64,000 nucleotides of DNA. Origin: Raillietiella orientalis. Lineage: Eukaryota. Positions within the stretch are counted from its first letter, which is position 1, and each line of letters begins with the position of its first letter. This document shows, one piece after another, positions 1 to 22,600 of this stretch. Both the position numbers and the translations under genes were made by a program. The DNA lies in NCBI GenBank assembly GCA_036172245.1, contig JAYWIR010000003.1, positions 372,001 through 436,000 on the forward strand, in the 5' to 3' direction. The notes under the pieces were generated by a model, which saw only the letters and a list, made by a program, of their open reading frames with translations, had not been told where the DNA came from and searched no databases.

Positions 1-656
1 ACGTTTTCCAAAGAGGGCAGTACTGGGACAAGGGGGTAAATGAGGCCCATAGACGATGCTGTGGGTTCTGAACGATCTCCTGCGGGGTCAGGCGAGCGTA
101 CCTCCCTCTCCGGAGGCAGGTGTCGTCAGCGTCGCTCGGAAAGTGGATCTTTCCCCATGAAAAAACCGACTCCCGCAGCCAGGAGCTGTAGTTCGCGGGG
201 AGACAGGAGATCCAGGCGTTCTTCTGAAGCACAGCAGCCACACGACGCAGCTGAAGGCCGCAATGTCTTTGGCTGCGGTATCGAGGATCGACGAGAGTCC
301 GTAGCAGCTGTTGCTGATTGGGCCAGGAGGCGTGCCGGAGCGCACCAAGGAGTGTTCCACAGTTTGGCTTCCAGGACAGCCCTGAACCGGAGCAGAAGCT
401 ACATGCGCTTCAACGTAAGGAGGCCCAGTCCACCCTCCCTGTCAGTGCTGCTCCTTGCGTGTGGGAGAGGACGAGTTCTTCTTGGTTTGGGCAACGCGCG
501 GGGTTCCCTGCGATCCTTCATGCACTATTTCTGCCGTAGCCTTGTGATGGAAGGAGGCATCGAAGATGGAGAAAGAAGTTTTTGACGAATTAACCATCGT
601 GCTTTCGCCAATGATCCTCCTTATACCTACTAATCAAAAATAAATAAATAAATAAA
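1..656 (+). mobile_element. 3' end of a degenerate L1/Tx1-like non-LTR retrotransposon with a (TAAA)n tail
   Basis: Frameshifted translations (RESVA-LLL-WA, VPQFGFQDSPE, PCVWER, LHALFLP) parallel the C-terminal zinc-knuckle region of the copies at 23.7, 56.2 and 59.4 kb. Ends in aaataaataaataaataaa at ~637-656. Confidence 0.5.
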
Positions 657-1485
657 TGAAAACCGACAAGCAGATAATTTTGTCTTCCATTAGGTTCCGC
701 CAAGGAAAGCTAAAGTTGTTGTGGTCCATGGACCAACGAATTTGGATGAAAGCTTTTAAGTTGTCTATAAATGTATGTTTCCCTCCCCCCCAAAAAAAGA
801 GAGAGAGAGAGAGTGAGAACTGAAATTCCCTTACGAAGACCAAATTTCATAGATTATTTTTTTGACAATTCCTCTATATCTTGAATTGAACGATGATTCT
901 GTGGACTTTTAAGCTGCAGTTATCCCAAATAACAACTCTGAATGAACATCAAAAGTTGATGTTGCACACTTTTGCATCGAAGAACACTTATCGAAACACT
1001 CATCGGAAACTTTGTATTCACCATAGAAAGCATCTAGATGTAAAAATCGGCAAACTTTCTTAAAGTCTGTTGAATGTTTCTAGTGTCATTTGAATTTTAT
1101 GACTAATCACAGATTTTCCAGAGCTCATACCACATCTACTTCGAATACTTTAGAGTTTTTTTGAGTTTCTTTATTTCCTGTCATCCTGTTCTCACCAATG
1201 AAGAACTGATTCAAAATAAATCAAAAATCTTCAACTGAGAAACACTTATATGAAGGATTCCTCCATATTTATTGTGGCTTCTACTTAGGTTGTGTGATGG
1301 CATGTAACTGAAAGTCTATTCTAAAGGTATTCTCTACAAAAAGGTAAAATAAAAATCATAATATGCTTTCTAAAATGGACTTAATTCCCAATTATTGTGA
1401 AATTAATATATTTCATATATCGAACAGAATATTAATAGAGATTCCTATACTTGAAAGACGTGCTATTTGTTGTTTAAATGACAAA

Positions 1486-3749
1486 ATGACAATTGTGGAT
1501 GAACTGCATCGAACAGTTGGAGGTAAGGACTCTGTTCAAGGTTTATTGTAAACAAGCGACTAGAAATAATACATAACCAGAAATAGCACGTTGTCATGGA
1601 GGGTTTTTCGGAGGTATCATCATCAAAACTGCAATTGCATGTAGAATATTGAAGAAAAAAAAAGGGAGGGGGATGACAATGTCAATTCTATACCTAACAG
1701 AAAAATTGAGTGAATTGAGCTTGTGCAGCTACCCCATCAAAACGTTTGCTCACTATAAGTGTCCACAAAATTGAAAACAAAAAACGCTGGCATAGCACGT
1801 GACTCAACATAACCTGTGTTTTTGCTGCAAAAGAATTTGCAGGAGAAACACGAAACGCTGCTGAATGACATCATAAGGCAGCACATCTCATTTGTAAGCA
1901 ATTCTTTACAGCAAATATGGAGAAAATCTGTTCCGTGACGCAGCGACAGCGTGGATTGTGTTAGTGATTTCGTGGATATGATCCCATATTGAGAAGTGAG
2001 AACAAGATATCAGAACAGTGAGGAAAGGAACTAGAGGAGTTTAGTCATCGAAAGGCTCGTGGTATGAACCACTGAGACGAAATATGCGACGGAGGTTCGG
2101 GAAGATCTCGATCATCCTTTGAGAAAAGAGAAGAAGCAGAGTATGCTACCAGTTCCCAAAGATCACTTCAACTCTTTCTAGGTTGCTGTGCTTGACAAAC
2201 CAGGATATGCAAAAACAAGTGCAGGAGACCTCGCAGACTGCCAAGTGGATGCTATGGATGAAGGCCGTACACTCTTTAGGTACACGAGTTTTGCATTTGC
2301 AGAGCATGCTTAGTGAAATCGTATGCTGTTTCCATTAGTGGTTGATTTCTGTGTGAAATGAATACCGTTTCAGTTGCTTTCCACAGATCGACGAAGCTCG
2401 GAGTCTATGAAGATAATAGCTGGGTTCCAAATGGCTTCCTAAGAAATCTTAGGATCGTTTTTCCTTGAAGAGAATGTAATGGCAGAATCGAGACATTTGT
2501 GTTTTTCTCATGGTTACATATAAACCTACAACCAATTACATAGCACAGCATATATATTTTGGCTGGATCCCTATTTGAGTGGGTCAAGAATTTTTATAGA
2601 GTAATCATGTTATTATGTTTTGAAATGTAACGTAAAACAAGTGCATCTTATTTCAAATTTTCTATTAGATACAGCCCGATTCCGAACAACGAGATGAAAG
2701 CATCTATCCACAGAACACTTCGATAACGCACAAAACCCGCCCACCGTGCAGCAGATTCAATCTGAAACGAATCTCTTCCGGTTTGTTTAGGATAAGGATG
2801 AATGTCATCAATCGCAACTGATAAAAACTTCACCACCAATAACAAGAACCGATTTACTGCTTCTGCAGTATTGGATTCCTTGTATGCAAAAGAACAGTTA
2901 GCAAGAATTTTACCATTTCCTGAAACCTGTAAAATGTGCCTTGAGCTTTTTGACCAGTGCGCTGGTCGGTCGAGCCATCTACATGCATTAAGAGCATCGC
3001 TCTTAGCACACTTTCTGGATAGAGTTTCAGGTGCATATCGGTTTCCTAGCCGAAAGGCAGCTCTTCGTCGCTGTGGTCACCCAAGACCACTTTTGCTGAT
3101 CAAGTGTACATGGATCTAAGCTCAATGGGTTTTGCTTCGATGTTTGGAGAGAATCACCTCTCAGCCCAATCGGCAGTATGGGAAAAGACGATGAAGGACA
3201 GGAGTAAGCATTTCTTTTATAACATACTTGAACACCCGCCTTACACTTATAATGTCCACACTAATGTCTAACTTTCTTAGGATGAAACACAAGAAACAAA
3301 CTTCAAAATATAGGTTGTATGGAGAGTTGTACATTGGATAATGTCAAAAAAAAAAAAAAAAAAAACTCCATAAGCACGAAAAGCAAGGTGAAGGATTCTT
3401 TCATTTGACGTGTAGATAGAAAGATGAATTAAAACAAAATAAGAGATGCACAAGCTTGTACCCAGACTCCGATCCAGTTTTTTGCTTCGATTGTTGATGA
3501 TTGCCAAAGAAATCTGTTTTCTGACTAGAAGCTGAATCTTTCAAGTGTAAACCTCGAGCCTTTCTTGAGTATGGGAGAGAGCTCGCTGCTACTCCGTCTC
3601 ACTATTCTAGAGAAACAGCAGTAGCAAGCTCTTCCATTCTGGAAAATTCCAAAGACTCTTTACAGAATGTGTAAGATGAAACGTCGTATTGAGGGATTAC
3701 TTCAAAGTCGGAATTTACCGTCGCAAAACTCTCATGGAAGCTCCCTTGG
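1486..3749 (+). pseudogene. Possible spliced gene or pseudogene of unknown product
   Basis: Several exon-like blocks bounded by polypyrimidine-AG and GTAAG/GTAC sites (e.g. 2182-2279, ~3050-3205, 3529-3749). Some joins are in phase, but there are in-frame stops and no recognisable homology. Confidence 0.2.
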
Positions 3750-3955
3750 TAAGAGAAAGAACGTGACTCTACGTGATAATTCTCACGGAATGAGTCTTTG
3801 CTTTTCCAATCACAGTGGAATCTGCAAATCTCATACATCCCAACTGAAACACCGACCGTTTCCTGCTGTGTGAGGCATTTGTAACACTGAGATCATGACT
3901 TCTTATGAAATTTTTTCCTCATGTACTCCACAGCATATAAGGCTCGGAATGACTG

Positions 3956-3980
3956 ATATATATATATATATATATATATA
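3956..3980. repeat. (AT)n microsatellite
   Basis: Direct reading of the sequence. Confidence 0.95.
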
Positions 3981-5269
3981 AAAAGGGAGAAGTCAAGGAC
4001 TTCGATGCGAGACGGTTTATCCAGTGGGAAGAGGAGGGTGGAGGCATGCAGTCCCGCATGAAGATCCAAATGACCCAAAGAGGCAAATTGGTGTGATGAG
4101 AACTCTCATGGCAACCATATACGAAGCTGGGAGATCATGAAGTTTAAATGGATTATTGGCCTGAAAAGGAGGAGTGACTCTTAATTTACTTGCAATTGAC
4201 CGGAGGATGGCGGATGCAAAGTTGAGGCATCGCTCCCGCAGAACACGGATGGTTTGAAAATTATGAGAACCACAAATAATAGAACAACAGAAATCAACAC
4301 TGATGACATTTTATTAACTTCATCACATAAGGAATACGAACTCATAATTAAGACAAAACAAGAAAGCGGATTATTAGAGTTTAAAACTTCAGCTGTCAAT
4401 CACAAAAAAACAATGACAGACTGCGCTCGACATTCCAACAAATAATGGCAAACAAATTTCCTGGAAACATCACAAAAATTTCGTGAGGAGCCAGATGCAC
4501 TCCACAGTCGTCGATGTCTAAACTGAAAAGCACTCACGACAACTGGACTGATTTCGAAATACTCTTCCTCATCCAGTCGTTTCACATGGACAGAAAACAC
4601 GCTTGCCGCTGGTTATGTGATTCCTTTTAATTTTACTTCCTAAAGCATAGATTTCATCTGCAAGGAAATCACACCATTCAAATAAAGCAACTTGAAAAGA
4701 AAAACAAACATACAAACAAACATGAAACACGTAAGGAGGGTGTAACACAACATTGCAAGACGTGGAAACCGGATACCCCGAGTCCCTCCTGCGATGCATT
4801 CGAAAAGCCTACGTTAGCTGTCAGTGGCAGGCCGCAGTACAAAATTTTTCTATCAAACTCATTCCGTACAGTCCAACGTGATAAGGCTATTTGTATACCC
4901 AATGCAAGGGGGTCAAGGGGAAGAAAATGACCGCGCTCAAAAATACAACATGTATAACAAAACCTCCATTAGGGAATGCCAACTACTTTCAAGCGTATGC
5001 GATACCTCGTCTTATAAGGAGACTTTTTGGGAGCTGAGATACCTTGGAAACGTGAAATAAAAACGACAATCCTGATGAGTTGCGTTCCACTTGATCAGTA
5101 CTTGAAGTGTAGTATATTAATTGTACAATTGAAATAAAAAAAACTAGGCTAAAGCTAATACATGATTTAGGTGGTAATTGCTCGTTAGTGGCAATAGGGG
5201 CGCGGCTGCAACTGAGTACAAGACTGTTTGTTTGCTTCTACTGAAGGACAACGCGTGTTCTTGCCGAGC

Positions 5270-13878
<8,609 letters not shown>

Positions 13879-14640
13879 TTTTCCCTTGTTGAGTATTCGT
13901 TTTCAGATGATTTACGGATGAAACAAAATACCTTCACAGGGACGAAACACTGTTCATTTATTCAAAGTTTTTGTATGCACACTTTGGGTGAGCACCAGAT
14001 CACCACACCTCCTCCTACACGTTCGAACACGCGCATTTCGAGAACTTTCGCTTCATTAACTGAAGCGCATCTTCTGTTTGCTGGAGTAGCTCAATGTTAT
14101 GACATTCTATTTTTGATCCATCTACAAGTCATGAGCTGTATCTGTTATTCGTAACGCAAAATTATTCAAGTGTTTATTTCATGTCTAAAAAATATGCTGA
14201 ATCATCCGCAGTGGCGCGAATTGGTGACTCTTGGGAATGAAGCTAAAAAGTTTGGAACGTACTGATTTCGCTGTTCTTGTACTAGTTTGACGCCTCCAAT
14301 GTGAAATTCTAATCCTGAATCCATATCATGGACCAAAATGCAACGTACTTTCAGAAAGCAGGATTGCAATTTTTCAGGTCTAGAAGAAGTACTTTAAGTA
14401 AACTGCACTGGATGTGCATAACAGAAGTTTATGATCATGCACACTTTATACATTTATTGATACTCATTTCATTAATAAGCATAGTGCTGCTTCAATTAAT
14501 AAACATGCCACACAGCAGTAATCTGGTAAATAGGAGTCGAGCATAAACTTGGAACAAAAATCTTATTTTAATTCCTTTGTCTTGCAAGGTGGTCAAATTA
14601 TCTGTAATCAACACAATAATTGATCAGTGTTGTATGACGT

Positions 14641-14646
14641 TTTATT
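14641..14646 (-). promoter_or_regulatory. Candidate polyadenylation signal (AATAAA) of snf
   Basis: TTTATT on the + strand, ~18 nt past the snf stop codon. Confidence 0.55.
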
Positions 14647-14663
14647 AAATCTTTGTAGAATGC

Positions 14664-15838
<1,175 letters not shown>

Positions 15839-17589
15839 TTTCCAAATATGGACTTTAATTGACGAAAAATATACTTCTTCTCGATTGTAAGACACTCAAA
15901 TCGATGGATCTCGGTTAGTATACAAATTGCATAAAGCAAATAAATACATTACACCGCTAACACTTGATTTTTCACAAAACATGAAGCCATTCAAAGCACA
16001 CATTGAAATCAGAATAGCCAACTGCAGGGATAAAGCAATTTCTCATGACTTTTAATAATTGATCGAATGTTTCAAGGAAGCATACAATACACTCCATATT
16101 CAATCAGATTAGATACATACTATCTAATTTTAGATCTAATTACGGAATCCAATGCCAAGATTTACATGTGTAATTAAACAAAACTAAAAACGTTTTTAAT
16201 CTAATGAAATTGCTATGGATAGTCAATTCACTGATTAAAACACTATTTCAGCTATAAATACAATCATATACGCGATTCCCATCTGTATTCATCTGTAAAT
16301 ATCAAAATTTCAATACCTTTGCAATATAAGCAATTCTCGTAAAATATAGAAAATTTCAGCAAACACTACAAAATAATTTACTGCTACCTATATCTAGAAT
16401 CAAATATCAATCAAATCAATCAAATATCTAAGTTTTTAATTGTTATTATCAACCTTGACAAGAGAAATAAAACAGATTTTCACACCAGAGATATGAAAAC
16501 TGATATTAAAGAGAGATAATTAAGAAATTCATTCTATATGATTCTTTAATTTGCACTATTGTTACTCAGTTGTAAACTGTATTGATTCAAAAAACAGATT
16601 GTTCAGGAATATTGAACTTACAATTATTTTTCAAGACTGTGCGCTCTTCATGAGATCAGTCACGCGGGCTAGATCTCTTCCATTCAGCAAAAAAAAATTT
16701 AAGTTAAGTGACTGAGGAATGCCTACCATTTTCTCTTCTTAAGATGGGAAAAACATGAAAGATTTCATTAAAGTAATGTAGTTGCATAAGGTGAAAAGTT
16801 AGAATTCTAAATTTATAGTTACTTGCTCTCTCCAAAGAGCACATATCTTAGATAATAAAGATCACCTATCCTATGCAGTGAACCAGAGGCATCTACTAGT
16901 GAGAATCAGCTCTCGAAGTTTCTTTTAAGCGATACATCAACAATCCAAAACTTTGCAAACAAGAAATCATATGCAGTAGTCATTCAGTTTTCGTGACAGT
17001 GAATTTTAGTTCAGCAAAGTTCCTTATTACATCAAAAAACATGATACGGAACTTGTACGATTTCAACATTATGAGATTTCAACATTCTTCTACATGCCTT
17101 CCATGTTCATACAGTTTGGATATTATGGATATGAAAATACAAAAATTACGAAACAATATGATTAGCTACTGATATGTCTTATTGCTTTACTCTTCTCATT
17201 TAAGCTTTGACAACAGTTCCGTTCTTCAGTACTCTTGAATCTAAGTTATTACCACAATAATTCCTTAATTCCTTAACTTTTAGATATACAAGCATACTAA
17301 ATTTAGTTGGTATCTCTTATCCTTAATGTAACGTTTTACAGTTATGTAAGTGGTATTTGAAAATTTTTGACGCATTGCAGGTATTATCGTAACTTGTGTT
17401 GCTCAGTGATAGACATCATTTGCTCCCCGTTATTTTATATATGCTGATTACAAAAAATCAAATATCGATTGCGGCATGAAGGCTATAACTTTTGTATATC
17501 TTGAAACTAAAGAGAATGAAGAGGAAAAAAATATATTTGCTTTATGAATCAGTAACCTCGACTATAAACAGAATTTTTGGTTAGGTCTT

Positions 17590-17916
17590 AAGAACTCTCA
17601 GTTCGAATTTGAGTCTGCCAGGAGGGTGTCATCCCAGTGTCCAGACACTGGGATCCAGCAAAACTGATCGTAAACAAGCGCACTATACAGCATTTTCAAT
17701 GAGACCACCAAAAACTGGATGCTAGTGTCAAGCACTGGCATGACACCATTGTTTGTATAAATTACCTTTACAAACAAATGTTCGTACAACTATGTGCTTG
17801 GCACTGGCATCCAGGGACAGAAGAGCATAGATCCAGTGGATGGCAGGGATTGATGTCATGAAAGTAGCTGATGCTGGAGTCCTGCTCAGTATAAGGTCAG
17901 CTACTTTCAGGCTCAG
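17590..17916. repeat. Cluster of Wolbachia palindromic element (WPE)-like repeats; candidate nuclear Wolbachia insertion
   Basis: Hairpin ATCCCAGTGTC-ca-GACACTGGGAT (17631-17654). Hairpin ATGCTAGTG-tcaag-CACTGGCAT (17719-17741). Half-unit gtgcttggcactggcatccag. Inverted pair TGAAAGTAGCTGA / TCAGCTACTTTCA (17859-17871 / 17897-17909). Translations VMPVLDTSIQ and WIPVSGHWDDT match recalled WPE peptide signatures. Confidence 0.8.
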
Positions 17917-18428
17917 GAGTGTCGAAATTACCGTGGAAATATTTCAATTTGAAGTTATCTGCTTTGGTTCATTGATTCTTTAGTAAGTTCATGTTTTGGA
18001 TACGTAAGCAGAAGATTCTAGATCTTCTAAAGGAATTTAAAAATAATTCTGAGATGATTTGCAGTGATCAAAAATTAGGACGAATCATGAAATACTCTAA
18101 TACACACAGAAGGAAACAGCGAAGGCATTCTGGACACTTTTTATTGAAGTGTTCGGTATAACATAGCAAAATGCCTGTTTTTTATAAATTAGTAAACATT
18201 GTCAATTCTCTTGGATGGACCTCTATGAGATAAAGCGCCAAGGAAGTCATCATTCGATTTCTAAGAAATGAGTTCCAATAAGGCCAGTAAGCCATAGGAG
18301 TTCGATCATGAAACTGTAGAGAAGGAAGGACTCTGCTGTCACCCTTTAACTCTTGAATTTCGTGCAATATCCCCCAGTATTGAAGACTTCAGAGCATACA
18401 TGAATACATTTGTTTGTTTGTTTGCTTT

Positions 18429-18462
18429 TCGCTTCTCGGCCTTTTGGTTAAGATCAAAGTGT
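18429..18462 (+). pseudogene. U2: 3'-truncated U2 snRNA fragment (first ~35 nt)
   Basis: TCGCTTCTCGGCCTTTTGGTTAAGATCAAAGTGT versus the metazoan U2 5' end ATCGCTTCTCGGCCTTTTGGCTAAGATCAA(A)GTGTAGTA. Similarity stops inside the branch-point recognition region; no Sm site or 3' stem-loops follow. Confidence 0.85.
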
Positions 18463-18915
18463 TACCAGATACATTTGCTTGAGCAATTTATGAACACACA
18501 TTTTCCAGAATGCATTTTAACATACTTTATAAATCGAGAGGAATCAAGTATTCCCTGATATCTACATTTTGGCACGTGTGAGATCAAAAAGGAAGTACTT
18601 ATCTTCAGCATTCCTTAATTCTATCAATTATTCTTATTATTTGTTTATTTACTGTCTAAAATATGTCTAAAATAAGCTCAGTATGTGTCTGGCATATAAC
18701 TAATTGAATTCACTGTTGTGCAAATATGTTTTTTTGAAAAAAAAAAAACTTTCAGTTTCAGCATCCTGTACAGTGTTTTTTAAATTCAATTCATGACGAG
18801 AGATTGTGTTCCATAATTTAAGATAGGAAGCGTTGTGAGATTGCTCCAGTAAATTGCATTTCGGTATTCTCCGGTTTGTATCAGGAAATACGATTCCAGA
18901 AAGCATTTTAAACTA

Positions 18916-18940
18916 AGAGAGAGAGAGAGAGAGAGAGAGA
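18916..18940. repeat. (GA)n microsatellite
   Basis: Direct reading of the sequence. Confidence 0.95.
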
Positions 18941-19699
18941 AAAAAACACTTATTTCGATGAAAATCTTGTGGAATAATGTGCTTTAGTGTTAGAAGAAGA
19001 AGAAAAGGGCTATACTTCTTTAAGAGAATAATCCTTTACAAAAGAACAGTTCTCCTCCAGTCAACTGGCTTTTTATTCGGAAAGGAAAAGATCGCATTTG
19101 AAGAATTGTTCAATAGCATTCCTAAACACTGAATTCATGTTGCGTCTTGTGTTGCTGAGGATGGATTTTTGTAGAAATGATATTCTGCAACACTGCTGTG
19201 AGCGAATGGACTCAACACAAGTTTTGAACGAATCCGAAAAACAGAGTGGATGTCGACGGCATCAACGGAAGCTGCTATGGCAGCAAAAGAAAGCAGTAAA
19301 GCCGTGTGATTGCTGTTGGTGAAACATTTGCTCTCTAGACGTGAAATGCTACTCGAGGTCGTGACGTTTCCAGATGGCACCGCATTTCTTTCAGCTTTTG
19401 TGAGCTGCTTCCGAAATGCAGAAAACTGTGTGCATCCTAGCAAATCAAAAAAAAAAAAAAAAAAAATGCAGAAAGCCACGAACAGTTTAAGCAAACTGCA
19501 ACCGAATGCGACCAAAATTTATCGGAAAAGTAAATAAAATGCGTGAGAACCGAAGAGTTTTTTTTTCTTTTTATCAACTCCAATGTACGGCAAGAGTAGG
19601 AACCAAAGATTTACTTCGTGATCGAAAACCGAGGAACTCCAGCTGGACGAATGGGGAGCACCAACTTCATTATGCATTCCCTCTAGGAAAGTTCAAGTT

Positions 19700-22600
19700 G
19701 AAATTCTACTCCGAGATAACTCGAAGTAAACGTTACTTCTCTGTAACACGAGAATCGTCTCTTCGAGTGCAGTTTAACGAGATTCCGGTTTCCTGTGAAC
19801 AGCCAAGTGACGAAAGCTTTCCTCTGTATTTCTTCACATCAAAACGAGTGGGTTCGAATGCCTCGCTGGTCTTTCCACGGAGCATGTCAGAGCATTTGCT
19901 TGTGCAAGGAGGCGCTTCAGGTCTGGTAGGCCATTTTCAACTGGGTAATTTATTTGGGAAAGGATCCTCCATGAGGTTGAAGGTTGTCAAGGCTACTTGC
20001 AGTCATGACGAACTTGCTGGAAATCGTGTCCAGGGAGCAACCGAGGGAGTATCCTCCATTCTGGAAACTTTTCCATCTGTAGATCACCGAAAGGCAGGCT
20101 TGACGATCGCACCAATGGATTTTACACGCCTCAAATTCAATTTTGGCTCTCCTTCAATTCACTGAGAGGAAAACCGAACTATTCTGCTTAACTGTATGCC
20201 ATTTTATTTTTATTTTTCCTCTGGATTCCTGAATATCATCGATACGTTTGAAATATTAGACTCTCACAGGAATTTATCTGAAGACATTAAGATTTCATAG
20301 CTTTTCCAATGTATTTTGTCCCTCATTTACTCTTTTCAGGATAATGTGAATGAGAAATGCCAATCTTTGTAGTAGTTGGTCTGTCCATCAATCCCTTTCC
20401 ATTGCCGTTACAAGTCGAGGAGCGAAATTGCATTTCGGCAAGCAATATTTTCATGAAGAGTGCACTTCTTGTTGAAGCAATCGATGCATTCTTCATTTTG
20501 AGGTGCACACTCAGACATACGGCTTTGGATCCTCTGGTATAAATCTCCTATTTCTTAGAGAATGTTTGAAAAATAAATATAACAAATTCCTTCTCCCTAC
20601 GATTGCATGATAATACATTCGCCCCAAGAGAATACATAAAGCTAAGAGGAGGAGCCCCATGGAGCTTCGAGAACATCAGAAACAACCTTTCGCTTGTAAC
20701 AGATCAAAGAAGGTCTCGAAACAAAGTTCCGGGAAAAGGAGGGGAGAGTTTGGGATTATGTGGTGGAACAGTTGAAAGTGGTATCTAGTTTATCAGAACG
20801 ACAAAACGAGCATTCACTTTCAAATGTACGTTTTCACAACCGTACGATTCCATCAGTAGGTCGAATTTCGCTTTCTCTCGATGGCGAAGAGCACCCGAAA
20901 TCTGCAGGCAGGCAGAGCTCGGTTAAACCCTCACTTTCTATATCACGAATTCAGGACAAGCAAAGTTCGCCGTGCAGATGTGGTCAGGGCAATCCATGCT
21001 CCAAGTTCAATGCATTTCAGCCAAGTTCTAAGTAAAGAGGTGGTCAGGTTCCGACAGGAGACCCACTGCTCGGTGCTGAAGGCCCCGTTACTTCTAGCTT
21101 GTCCAATCACAAACCACTGCTTTCGGGGCTTCGTCTTAGGTACTCCTGCCTGGAGCGCCTCAAGGGGACCAGTGAGGTTGTTTGATCGTAATGGGAGTGA
21201 TTCCGCCAATTTGAATCTTTGAAGAAGCTTTGAAATCAACCGTTTCTAAGGGTTTTTTTTCCGATCCGGTCGTTCCTTTTACATGCGCGCCTGCGACCTT
21301 CGATTCCGCATGCCCCAACTGCGGGTCAAACGCTGTGACGTAACAGTGTGTTGAGGTAACACGCCATCGTGGCGCACAATACAGCGTCCTACCGAGCTGC
21401 CCATTCGCTGTTCACGATTGACGTTAGCGGGTGTGGGTGTGGGAAAGATCTCTGCAGTTTCAACGAATGGCGCTTTATCGCCTTGCTGAGTGTGGCCGCG
21501 GGGCTCCTCTCAAAACTAGGGACAACGCGATTAGGACAGGCGGTTTAGTCTAGGATGCTCCCGAAACAACCCATGGCAGTTCCAGGGGTGAGCACGAACT
21601 CCAGATTCGTGAGGTCCCTGTTTAAGCTTCAACAGCCAGGCGCGTCCGGGAAAGTGCCACTTCGTCGAAGCGAGGGAATGCTCACACAAAAGGGAGAGCA
21701 GGGCGTCTTGGAGGCCTTTTCCGATTCCAAAAAGGTTTTTGACTGTATCAGCAAGAAATTTCTGTTCGATCTCCTCGAGAGCTTTGGTTTCCTGTTTAAT
21801 TTATTAGGCTGCATGCCCTCGACATGGCACAACGCGTATAGTAACAGCCCTTTCAATGGTCTTAACGTGAACGGTTATTCTGGTCATGAGAAGAGTGAGG
21901 ATCCTTCTAGGAATCAAGAAGCCGGTTCTCTTAGGGGTTTTCCTCCGCTTGAGAAAATGGAGCCGTCCCCTTTCCTCGGGGAGAGACTTTCCATCGCATA
22001 CCATCGAGTTGGTTGATACTCCCCTCCGGGTTGCCTCTCCAGAATGTCAAGAAATTTGGAAGCGTACCTTCGGGGTTCTATTCAGAAGAGGAAACAGGGA
22101 ATGGTTCCCTTGCGGAGGAGAAATTCAGGATCGTATCCTTTCCGGGACCCTTCAGAGAAGAAATGAGGAGTGGCCACAACCGGGGCGTCCCTCCGGAGAG
22201 AATAAGGAAGAGACTCCCTTCGGGCTTCCTCACCGAGAGTACGAGGAAAGGAATTCTTTCTCCAGAGTCTTTCTGGATTCATAGGCTGGTCTCTCGTAGG
22301 GTTACATTCATAGGGGGCCTAACTTGACGAGTTACACGTACCTTTGGGTGTCATGGGCAGTGTTAAAGAGCTTTGTGAGACTCCCTTAAGGGGAGAACGG
22401 TTTTTCAGTACATAGTGAACCCCCCCAAAAAAAGTGAGGCAAGGAAACAAGTTCTTTACCATGCTCTTCAACATCTATTTTGAATTAGTGCTGTGGGCTT
22501 ATAGGGCAATGTTGCCATCCCTTCCTTCTACCGGCACATGCACGCCATCGGTGGCTGCGCGAGCAGGTGATCGGCTCCCATTACCCCGGTCCACTCCCAA

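Noticed and set aside
17620..17910. Palindromic repeats resembling a CRISPR array
   Set aside because: Units are non-identical, alternate in orientation, are irregularly spaced and have no cas genes nearby. They fit WPE repeats better.
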